Positions 10,781 to 22,600 of a stretch of DNA of 64,000 nucleotides are shown one piece after another (position 1 is the stretch's first letter; the number at the start of each line of letters is the position of its first letter). The notes under the pieces are model-generated. The model did no database searches, was not told the DNA's origin, and saw only the letters and a program-made list of their open reading frames with translations. The translations under genes and the position numbers were made by a program. Where the stretch lies: NCBI GenBank assembly GCA_946965045.2, contig OX337229.1, positions 2,542,001 through 2,606,000 on the forward strand, read 5' to 3'. The stretch is from Epithemia pelagica (taxonomy: Eukaryota; Protista; Bacillariophyta).

Positions 10781-13345
10781 TTACTGCGGCTCTGCGGTCA
10801 TTACCACTTTGGACTCTCGTACGGATAGGAATCCAAACTGAGGTTCGGAATTTTCGGCTTGAATGGCTGTCAAGGCAATCGTGTACACAATATCTTCGAC
10901 GAGAGCGCCACGAGAAAGATCATTGACGGGACGACGCAATCCCTGGAGCATGGGACCTACTGCGGCACAATGGGCGGTGCGTTGGACGGCCTTGTATGTG
11001 GTATTTCCCGTATTGAGATCTGGAAAGATCAACACTGTGGCACGACCAGCGACTTTGGAATCTGGCGCTTTCGTCCGAGCTACTTCCATTGTTGTGGCGG
11101 CATCATATTGCATGGGTCCATCAATGAGTAGATCTGGACGACGTTCCTGGGCGAGACGAGTGGCCTCGCGTACCTTTTCCACATCACTTCCCTTGCCACT
11201 GGATCCAGTAGAGTAGGAGAGCATGGCAACTCGGGGTTCGATACCGAATGCCTCGGCCGATGCCGCACTCTGTACGGCAATGTCGGCAAGTTCATTGGCG
11301 TCGGGATCTGGGTTAATGGCACAATCACCATAAATCAAAACCTGGTCAGGCAAGCACATGAAGAAAATGGAGGAAATAATACTGGCATCGGGGCGAGTTT
11401 TGATGAGTTGGAGGGCCGGACGAACCGTATTGGAAGTGGAATGACTCGCTCCGGAAACCAGGCCATCCACCTCTCCCTGCGACAACATCATGGTCGCCAA
11501 AACAGAAATGTCTTCCAACTGAGCCAAAGCAAGAGGAGCAGTCATGCCCTTGTTCTTACGCAGCTCCACCATGGGCTGAACATACTTTTTCCGGAACTCA
11601 AGAGATGGGTCAATCACCTTTAAATTTTCTGGAATCTTGATACCTGCAGTCAATACGAAAGAGAAAAGGATAGACAATGAGAATCGCCAAACCTACATTC
11701 AAGCCATTGTACACCATTCGGACCATACGCTTACCATGAGCATCGGCGAGACGATGGATTTCCACCGGATTCCCGAGCAATACGCAAGTTGCCAGTTCCT
11801 TGTCATGCGAAATGACGGCTGCCTTGATGACACGAATATCTTCTCCTTCCGGCAAGAGGATACGTCGCCGTAAGGCCCGCGACCGTTCCACCAAACTATG
11901 TTGAAATGCCGCTGGAGATAATCGAGGATGATGAGGAATGGTAATGCGTTTGGAAATGACAGTCATGTGAATCTTTTCGGCAATGGCTTGCATGACCATT
12001 TGAATCCGACCAACATCGGTTACGGGAACTTGTTTGTCAATGGACGCGGCCATGGTGGCTGCAACATAGGAATCGGCTTGTACGGAAAGGAGGGGCAAGC
12101 CTGTTTCAAAGGCACGTTCGCACAATTTCATTACATTGGGGTCCGGTGAAATATCACCTGACAGAACCAGTCCGGCAATGGCAACACCATTCAGTGCCGC
12201 CATACAAACAGCGAACATGATATCGTGTCTCTGTTGAAAAATAGAAAAAAGCGGCAAATTCAGTCAGCTGCAAAGTATTACGAGATCAGATGTTATGAAA
12301 CAGTTCAAACCGTAACGTACATCTCCGGGTGTAATGACCAATGTGTTGGGCATTAAGGTATTGATCATGTTGCTGACACTCCGAGCAACAATTCGGACTT
12401 CCTGGATCCTGCGATGGTGCATTTCACCTTCAAGCAGGACCTTGGCCTGCAAGTGATCGACCACATCGCAGGTTCGTGGACTGAGTAATTCACGATCAAA
12501 GGGAATGGCACCCAACAAGGAAAACTTTTCATGGTCAAACACACGACACTGTTGTTCCAAATCTTGAACCGTCAAGGGTTCCGTGGGGATCACAGAGGAG
12601 GTTCGTGAACCACCACCAAACATGTCCAATGCCGGAGAAGTGGATCCACAGGGTGCATTGAGTTTGTTGACAATGCATCCCAACACGCGAGGATCTTCAA
12701 TCCCCCATAGGCATGTGCGACGTGTTCGATCCGATCGTTCAAATCGGCAAGGACATTGTCATTGCTGCTGCTCGTACTGGGAGCCGCCACAATAATGACT
12801 TCGGCATCCAAGGCACGGACAATGGAATGATTCAAGGCATCCAAATCGGGACGATCCGGTGTCGCTTGAATGCCCTCCACGACAAAGACTGAAGCGTCTT
12901 CCAACAAATTGGAATGGAAATTGTCAACAATTTTTTCAAGCAAGGCGGCGTCATTCTCGGAACGTAGCAACTGTTCTGCTTCCGCCCAGGAAATCGGATC
13001 GACAAGATATTCCAAATCATGACCTCCCATCATTCCTGCTTGGAGCAAGAGCACAGATCGGTCTTGTACAGTGGGTGTGGACGATGACGACGACGACGAC
13101 GAACCATTCTTCTTGTCGGAACCGTTGGTACTACCATTGCTGCCATCGGCAGGCGTGGCAATGGGTTTGAAGAAAATGGCTGGAATTCCATTTTGGTCGA
13201 GTGCCCGCATGAATCCGAGAGCCACCGATGTGAGACCCACATCGAGACCGCTGGGTGCCAAATACAAGACATGTCGAGAACGGGTCAACAACGAGGACAA
13301 GCTCGTTGTCGATTGCGAGTGTTCGGTTGTTTCAGAGCGTTTCAT
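10781..13345 (-). CDS. pta: Phosphate acetyltransferase, long form (N-terminal AAA/DRTGG regions + PTA domain), with one apparent frameshift
   Basis: Motifs include [88 protein letters not shown] and [17 protein letters not shown]. Introns lie at 12231-12320 and 11644-11734. There is a 1-nt frame break at the G5 run (12702-12706). The 5' end is unresolved, with a possible acceptor at 13383. Confidence 0.9.
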
Positions 13346-14632
13346 TAACCCAAACACGGACACGCGAATAGAATTAGAAAGGCTGCAGAGTGGAGAGAGG
13401 AGGTGAACAAAAGGAACGATAATGAATGGGTTACATTTGATTTTATGAGAAGGCGAAAAGGCACCCAAAAGCCACAAACGACATCTGCGATACGAGAATG
13501 CCGAATGCCAGTCATGAAAAACACATGAGGCACGTTTCTGTCCACCTGTAAGTCTTATTTTCTATTCCTTGTATCAGAGAAACAGGAAGAAAAGTTCCTA
13601 CGATAAAACCTTCTCTTACATGATCCGGAGTGACGCATAAAGCGCGACCAAGAAGATTCTGCCACATTCCGATTCGGAAGCGTTGGTGGTTGGTGTGCAG
13701 TCATGAGTTCGCATTTTGTGGGGTTAAGGGAGGACTGTGATCTAAAAAGTACAAGCGAAACATCAATGCGAAGGCCGGAGAATTGTTCTGATTCTTCTTC
13801 GCCTCAGTTCCAACCGCGTTTGGATCATCAATCGATCGCACATCTCATTCCTTGCACAATCCTGGGACCATGGGACCATGCGACCGTCGACCGTTGTGCC
13901 GGAGACTCGATCGATGACAATGAGATATCGCTATGATGCTATTGGATAGAGAAGCTCTTCTGAAAGTAGGTTTCCATCATTAGGGAGCAAATCCTTGACC
14001 GCCCTAAAACACACAACGTAGTGTCCGTCAAACATGTCCAAATGCTCTTCTTCTACAAACCAAGTAATACTGATGGCAACATGGAGGGCGTTGTGGCATG
14101 TCAAACTCAAGAGCTTTCGCTTTCTGTGTCCCTTTCCGCTCCGCGCTCATTTGAGGAAAGGTAGGCAATAGGGGACCTCTAGACCGCGTATGGTGTACAA
14201 TGATATCAACAGGACTCCAAGAAAGGATGGAACTGGGTCTGGGTGGATACTCGGCTTCACGTTACTACCTAGAGAGCCTAGCTAGAGCATAACTCTAGAG
14301 GTATTACTCCTAGCTACTAGAACTATACTACAATCTAAGAATTTATCGTCTTGGTGGCGTCCAATCAAACAGAAACACGACATTTTTCTGTATAATCGAC
14401 AATAAATGAATAAAAAAATCGTCGTCGGGCTTATAGATCCTCTCTAGCTAGAGTAGTAAGGTGATTAGTTAGACAAAGGATGGAACTCGTCCACCTCGCG
14501 TGCTGAGTGCTGAGCATGTCTCCTTACTCCTTACATACTTTTCTACACTCTGGCGCTGATCCTGATCGCTGGGAAGCTGGTAAGACCTAATGATCACTGC
14601 TGATTAACGACAAAGTCTCTATTTAGATTTCT

Positions 14633-14658
14633 GTTGCGCGTTGGGCGCAACGCGCAAC
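14633..14658. promoter_or_regulatory. Perfect GC-rich inverted repeat upstream of the cyclase
   Basis: GTTGCGCGTTG-GGCG-CAACGCGCAAC forms an 11-bp perfect stem with a 4-nt loop, about 185 bp before the cyclase ATG. Function is unknown. Confidence 0.35.
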
Positions 14659-14842
14659 TTGCATCGGGCGCAATTGGGGCACTCTGAGATTGAGAATTGA
14701 GATGCCTTCCATTGCAAACATTGCGCTGGGTTAAAATAACAGCAATAGAACATCGACCAATTGTCCATTGTCCTTCTCACCGTTCGCTTGCTCCATCAAC
14801 CAGCACACTTGTCTCAACTGCCGGGCTATCCTTTCGTGCCAC

Positions 14843-17222
14843 ATGATTGTGTCACCTTCTCCTGGAAGTTTGACAATGAATGTCATTGAGGAAGAGGATC
14901 CTCATGTAGCAGATGATGAATCTTCGGCCTTGGATTCGGAGACCAACGGACGAGGTCTCGACCCGCCCGTGATCGACGAGGACCAACGTGAGCTCAAACG
15001 AAATGCGGTGAGAACGGGGATCGTGGCTGTCATTGTGATTTTACTGGGAGCCGCAACCAGTGTTTCCTTCCTCTATCTCGGAATTAGTAATGCCCGAGAT
15101 GACGAACAAGACAGTTTTGAACGCCGCGCCAGTGATTTAAGCAAAGAAATTGGATCTACGCTACGAGATTACGAAATGGCGGCGGCTTGGATTCATGAAA
15201 CGTGCCGCAACTGGAGAGAAGGAAATTTTACCAGAAAAGATTTCCATGTCCTTTACAATTACCTGGAGAAATCGTCCCGACTGGAATTTTATGTGGCCGA
15301 GTGGGTACCCAACATTTCGCACGCTGAACGGCCGGCATTAGAACAAGAAATGGCTGCCTATTGGGCCAATGATCCACTGGTTGACTACCAGGGTTTTGTG
15401 GGTGCAGAACCAAACAAAACAGATCCTAACAAGACCATTATTGATTCGAGATCGGAACAACCATTTTATTTTCCCATACAGTTTCTTGAACCGGTGGAGA
15501 ATATGGGCACTGGAACGCACCTGGACCTCTATAGCTTACCATATGAAAGGGTGGCCATTGACCGAGCCCTTACCGAATTTGTTCCAGTCTTGACGGAACG
15601 ATTCAAAATCGTTTCCAGAGAACCGGAGGGGTGGAGTGTGAGCTTGATGCATCCCGGAGTGGCACTGCCCAACGAGCTCTTCTCGAAACCTCGTGATTTG
15701 GCTCTCATGTTTATTGAAATAAAAAATCTTTTGGAGAGAGCCGCCCGTTCTCAACGTGTTGGATTTGCCATTTATTTGTTTGATGCCACACAAACGCTTG
15801 TGGATGGATCTGAAGAAGCCTTTCTGGGGGGTATTGACATTGAGGTAATGGGGACAGATGCGCAGAACGTCACTGCTGAGAACAGGTTGACTTACCACGA
15901 GGATAATGTTACCATGGGGGATGTGGAAGATCGATCGAACTTGCTCTACGTTGACTCGATCACATTTGGAACAAGGACATGGAGCATTGCCGTCGTTCCC
16001 ATTGATGATAGTGAATATTCTCCCGATCTTACTTTTCCAATTCTCGCTGGGGTGATGATTTTTGCTGCGTCGGTTCTCCTTGTATGGATTTGGGTTATCA
16101 ACAACAGAAATCGTTCGAGGCAAGTTCACAAAATAATGAACGAGGCTGCGGCGGAATCCGCGATTGTATCAAGCTTGTACCCAGCGGGGGTTCGTGAGCG
16201 GTTAATCCAGTTAATGAGTCGAGGCACATCCGCTGGTATTCGCGACACAAACGCATCCAACAAGCACGATGCCTTCAAAAACGACGGCAATGAGACCAGG
16301 ACATTTATGGACCATTCGTCGGGTCTGGGAGGAACCGGCGGGGTGTGTCGCTCCGATCCGATTGCCGAACTATACCCGGCAACGACCGTAATGTATGTAT
16401 CCACCCAATCAATTGATTTGAGTCTGTCTCATTGCATTTTTTCCACTCATTCATTGGTTTTTGGATTATGCACTTTACAGGTTTGCTGACTTGGCGGGTT
16501 TTACAGGTTGGAGTGCTTCCAAAACACCGATTCAAGTGTTTCAACTTTTGGAAACCCTTTACGGTGCATTTGATAAACTTGCCGAGCGACGAAAGGTTTT
16601 CAAGGTAGAGACCATCGGTGATTGCTATGTCGCCGTGGCAGGAGTCCCTGAGCCCCAGCTTGAGCATGCCCCGATAATGGCTCGGTTTGCCAGGGACTGT
16701 ATGACCAAAATGCATGAATTATTGGCTGTTCTTGCTGATTCGTTGGGAGAAGACACCCTCCAGTTAGAGCTTCGAATCGGATTGCACTCTGGTCCAGTGA
16801 CTGGTGGTGTTCTTCGCGGTCAGAGATCCCGTTTTCAACTCTTTGGTGACACAATGAATACGGCATCCCGAATTGAAAGCACTGGAGCGAAGGGTCGCAT
16901 TCATGTTTCTAACGAAACCGCAGAAGAACTCGTTGCACGAGGGAAAGGTCATCTTCTGATTCCCCGCAAAGAGAAAATCACGGCGAGGGGAAACGGCGAA
17001 ATGCAGACCTACTGGGTTCAATTCCAGTCTTGTCAGAGCACTACCAGGGCCTTTTCGGTATCATCGTGCGATGGTATCTCTGGGAGCTCTCCAGACGACC
17101 AGCTCGGTTACCTATTGCAACTGTCCAGAGACGGTGTTCCTGGGATTCGTCGAAATTCTGACCCGAATTTGAGCGTGCGTTGGCCATCATTCGAACGAAG
17201 TGACAACAGTGACAACTTTTGA
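14843..17222 (+). CDS. Membrane receptor-type class III nucleotidyl cyclase with CHASE-like sensor domain
   Basis: Two TM helices flank an extracellular CHASE-like region (EQPFYFPIQFLEP, DLYS, GTRTWSI). An intron at 16393-16480 gives TTVM|FADLAGFT. Cyclase motifs are FKVETIGDCYVAVAG, RIGLHSGPV and FQLFGDTMNTASRIES. Confidence 0.9.
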
Positions 17223-19271
17223 TTACAGTTTTTCTATTCATTTTATTTAAACATTTTTGCTTTGTTGTTGTCCAAATTCATTTCTTCTAGAATAGTCTGT
17301 CAGTTGTTCACACAAAGAATCATGAACTGAATATGGTATACTCGTCCCTCTTTGGGTGATTGATTTTAGATGAATGCACTCCAACGCGAAGTTTAGGCAG
17401 CATCACTGTCGCCCTTGTCATTCACCAACTGTTTGATTTCAGATTCCAAAAAGTTCTTGAAGATATCAGGGTCTTCCACAGTTGGCGTTACTTTGTACTC
17501 CTCGCCATTGGCAATCTTTGACATGGTACCTCGTAGAATCTTTCCGGAGCGGGTTTTGGGCAGCGCCTTGACAGCCTTGACTTTTTTGAAAGACGCCACT
17601 GGACCCAGTTCCTTTCGCACTAGGTCAACAAGTTCTTTTCGCAATCGCGATTCATCAATGGTACTCGTCTTGTTAAGGACAACCAAACCAACGGGAACTT
17701 CCCCCTTGATCGCATCTTTCACAGGAAACACGGCACAGTCAGCGACATCCTCGTGACTCACAAGTATTTCCTCCATCGTACCAGTGCTTAATCGATGACC
17801 AGCTGTATTGATGACATCGTCCACCCGGCCAACAATGTGAATGTATCCATCTTTGTCAAAGTATGCCGCATCCGATGTATCGTAATATCCCGGAAATTTG
17901 GTCATATAGGACTTTCTATAGCGTTCATCGTTTTGGTAGAGCGTGCTAAGACAGCCAGGAGGAAGAGGAAGCTTTAACACCAAACTTCCCAACTCATCTG
18001 ACGTTGTGATTTCTTTGCCTTCTCCATTTAAGATGCAAGCATTGTATCCCGGGGCAGGGGCCGTACATGCACCATAATGTGCGGGAAGCCGTCCTAATCC
18101 GACTGCATTGCCTATTGCAGGACTCGCCAACTCAGTTTACCACCAGTGATCAATTGGTTCCTGAGCGTCACCATAGTGTCGCAAAATATGCTGGCAGTAT
18201 TTCAGGGTGTCGGGATCAGAGTGTTCTCCTGCCAGGAAAAGCGATCGCAAAGAACTCAAATCGTACTTGTCTGCAAAATGGCCAGACGGATCTGCCTGTT
18301 TGATAGCTCGGAACGCAGTTGGTGCCGCAAAAAATGTTTTGACCGAGTCTGACGAAATACATGACAACATGGTAACAAAGGAATGAGGACACGCAATGGT
18401 TTAAAGCAGAGAAACACCGAACAACCTAAAAAGAGTTCCTTACATTCTTCAATGACACGCCAGAAAGCACCGGCATCGGGTGTTCCTACTGGTTTCCCTT
18501 CGTACAACACTGCTGCGCATCCTTGCAACAAAGGAGCGCATACCGCCATATGTCCAACAGCCCATCCAATGTCACTGGACGACCAATACACTTCACCGGG
18601 ACGTGTGTCGTAGAATCGACCCATGGAATACTTGTTCGAGACTGCCCAACCACCCGTGTCAATCACGACGCCCTTGCGCTTCCCCGTTGTTCCTGATGTG
18701 TACAAGATATGATGGTAATGGGACGAGGGCAAAGGTACGGCGTCCGCCACGGGTTTACTAAGGTGCTGTGCCATCACCTGGCCATATTCCAAGTCTTTTG
18801 GACCCATCTCACCCCGTTGCACATTGTCGCGTTGCACGATGACGGTATGGTTTACTTTGTGTTCGGTCAACTTCAGTGCTTCATCCAATAAGGGCTTGTA
18901 AGGAACGATACGGTTGGGTTCCACTCCTGCCGAGGCCGTGAGAATGACTTTGGGTCGACAGTCGGATATACGACTCGCTAGCTCCTTGGCAGCAAAACCA
19001 CCGAAAACGACCGAGTGAATAGCTCCAATGCGACTACAGGCCTGCATGGCAATGACAGCTTCAGGGATCATGGGCATATATATAACAACACGGTCACCAG
19101 CTTCTACTTCCAGTTCATTCAAGACATGGGTCAAGCTGGACACTTCATTCAAGAGTTCGTTGTATGTGTATCGTTCCTTTACCCCTGTCACGGGGGAATC
19201 GTAAATCAAGGCGTCTTGGCTACCTCGTCCATCTTTTACGTGAACATCTAAACAATTGTAGGACAGATTAA

Positions 19272-19337
19272 CGCCAATCGTAAGCGAGCAGCGTATACGC
19301 TACTCCCATATATGGGAGCAGCGTATACGCTACTCCC
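19272..19337. repeat. piggyBac left end: TIR plus subterminal direct repeats and palindromes
   Basis: GAGCAGCGTATACGCTACTCCC occurs at 19286-19307 and 19316-19337 (30-bp period). Each copy contains the palindrome AGCGTATACGCT, and the 16-bp palindrome CTCCCATATATGGGAG lies at 19303-19318. Confidence 0.9.
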
Positions 19338-19636
19338 TTAACTTTCACTTGGTATAACTTCCTGAAACTTTAATTTCATGCAGATCTGACTTCATCGTTC
19401 GAAAGATCTTGGAATTCCGAACAACTTCATAAATGATAGTCTACAGTAAATACACAGTCAATAGCATGATATTTTGCTTTGAAAAATTGGCGATTTTCCT
19501 CATTTCTGTTCATTTCGATCATCCTTCGCCCATGGCCCAACTTTGTACTCTTATACATATCTACCATTTGGGCCGATCGTTGCAGGATTCTCCATTCCGA
19601 CGGTCCATATAGTGAAGAAGACGTCCACCAAATGCA

Positions 19637-22600
19637 ATGTCGTCTGCAGCTGTACCTGCGGAGAACGAGGACGAAGAGTCAGGACAACCGAATTTGTCGC
19701 AACCGCTCATCGAACCAGATATTGACCATGCCACCGAAGATACCGCCCAACTTCCCGAACAATCTGTTGGCAATGCCTTAGCAACAGAGGCAGCCTTTGG
19801 TGTTCCCCCCCAACCACCACCACCGTTTGAAGCAATCGCCAACAATACTGTCGCACCTCCACCCCGCAATTCGGAAGCAATGGATTCATCCACCAACGTT
19901 GCACCTACAACTACTACAACAACAGCAACACGCAGACATGGAACAGAATCGGGTTCCAACGTTGCCCGTCCGGGAGGCGTCGCTACCGAAACAACACAGA
20001 CACACGATCGTCCTCGACGTCCACCTGGCAACAACCACCAGCGATCGCAGTTTTCGTATGCCAAGCGCTTTCTTGTTGCTCCAGACGAATTTTGGATCCA
20101 TGATAACTTCTACCAAGATTTTCTACGGCGCTTTCGTCCAAATGAAACTGACAATCCTGTTCGTGTGGTCGGAAAAATCATGGAGTGCCCGTCAAAGAAA
20201 AATGGCAATGCTTATTCCATTATCTGGGACAACGGTACGATTAGTACTATGCAAGTCCCCCAGAACTGGATCAAGTCTCAATTCACATCAACGAAAACAG
20301 TGAAAGAGAGGCTTCGTCAGTACATTGAAGCATACAGGCCAAATGGTGAACCATCTGCAACACAACAGCAACAACAACAAAGTCAAGTTTCCGAGGCTCA
20401 TGGTGGCAGCAACAACGTCACACAGTCACCTGCACTACGACGATCGCCTCGACGCGGCAACACACAGTCACCTGCACTACGACGATCGCCTCGACGCGGC
20501 AACACACAGTCACCTGCACTACGACGATCGCCTCGACGCGGCAACACAGCAAGAGCACCACCACCACCTCCTCCCACAACAGAACGAGAACGAAGAAGAG
20601 ACGCCCTAAGGAATGCTAGCAATTCATCTTTGCGGCATTCCAATCGTCGGACACGATCCAATCCACCGTCCACTCAAGAGCGAGCACAGGGTCGAGCCAC
20701 TTTGATGACTGCCCCACGAGGTGAACCCTCTCCAGCAATGAATAACTCCGAGGCAGCAACTGGAGATGAAGATAACAATCACACTCCAATCAACCAAGTT
20801 GCCACACGTCTTTTTGGTACTTCCAATACAAGAGACTCGACAGGGACAACTGATACCGCGGCTCAACAACTTCAACCAAACAACAACTCCATAGAAATGG
20901 CTGCCATCCCTACTGTCACCACTCGTCGACAACAACAACAGCAAAATAACGCTAGAGCAAATGATGACATTGACGACAACGGATCTTCTTCAGATGAAGA
21001 TGCCGACGGTGGTTTTGAGCTGGACTTCAACGATACCGTGCAAAGGTCACAGAATCCATTGGATGATTATTGTCAAAGCGATGACAACGATTCTGCCCAA
21101 GACAATACACAACAAAATGATGGAGAATCAACAGACTCGGTTTCGGACGACGAAGACCCCAACAATTCAACAAATCTCAAAGTACTGATCGACAACTTGC
21201 ACTTTCACTACAAAGAGGTTGATGCGTCTACCAATATGTTGTCGTGGATTGGCAAGGAACGTCATAACAGGTCAATGTTTCGTGGAGAAGACGGTCTGAA
21301 AGCTGGAGTAGCGGATGAGTTCCATACTCCACTAGATTGTATCCGTGTTATTGGTGGATTGTCGAATTCATTGATTTCCGATATGGCTGCCGCAACTAAT
21401 CAGTACTTTCACCAGAAAATCCGTCCGCGTTTGATGGGGCGCCGAGGTTATTATCATTCCCAAAAATGGAAGGATGTCACGGCACAAGAAATGACGAGGT
21501 TCCTTGGCATCGTCCTAATGATGTCACTCCGGCCAGTGGATGGTGGAGGCTATGCCTCTTATTTTCAGACCTCAAACCGTATGTACAGTCTGGGAACTGC
21601 TCTTCCCTCTGTAGAGATTCTCGATAGTGAAGGATGGGCTTCGAGATACATGAGGTTGGCCAGATTCCGTCAGATAAGAGGAGCCTTTCACTTTGAGAAC
21701 AAAGGTGCTGCAAGGGGCGGTGACAAGTGCTACCAGCTTCGGAAACTCATTCAAGCTGTTAACGCTGCTTCCAAGAGATCATTTCGGATTCCTCAAGACT
21801 TGGCTTTTGATGAAGGTGGAATTGGCTGTCGCTCCCGGTACTGCCCTGTTAGGCAGTACAACAAGGACAAGCCGCAAAAATTTCGTGTAGACTTCTTCAT
21901 TCTCGCTTCTTCCAGGTCCTATGCAATTCTCCACCTTGACGTATATCAAGGAAAAAATGCTACGAACTCTTATATACGAGAGGAGGCCAAGAAACTTCCT
22001 ACGACGATGAAGGCTGTGGTAAACGCATGTTATGCGTTGGAGTTGCATAAGGAAACCAACGGATTCCGTCATTTGGCAATGGACAATAGATATGCAGCGC
22101 CCCAATTACTGGTTATTCTTCGTGATCGTCTGAAAATCCTCGCGACAGGTACAGTACGTTCAAACAGAGTTGGGTGGAACAAGAGACTGATGCAACTAAA
22201 GAAGACAAAAACTAACCGAGGAACAATCCACCTGGCACACGACGAAGTGAATGGAATCATCATTGGGCAATGGGTGGACTCGAAAGTGGTAAATTTTGCA
22301 TCGAGTTATGAAAATAATGGCAAAGGACAGGTAGAACGACAAGTTGGACCCAACAAAGAGGTATTCAATTGCCCTATGGTTCTCATTCGGTATCAAGAGA
22401 CAATGGGGGGGATAGATGAAGGGGACCAGATGCGACAACATTTTGGCGGTTTTGCCACCCATGGGCATTTCAAAAAGTGGTACAAGAAGACTGGTTTAGG
22501 CATAATGGATGTTATGCTTCTAAATGCCTACATCGGATGGAACATGTCCGCTGGAGACCGTGTCCGAGCTCGACGCACGAAGCTCACGCGGCATGCATTC

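Noticed and set aside
14222-14487. 13-bp direct repeat AAAGGATGGAACT, 253 bp apart
   Set aside because: Only two short copies, with no TIRs or coding remnant to support an element.
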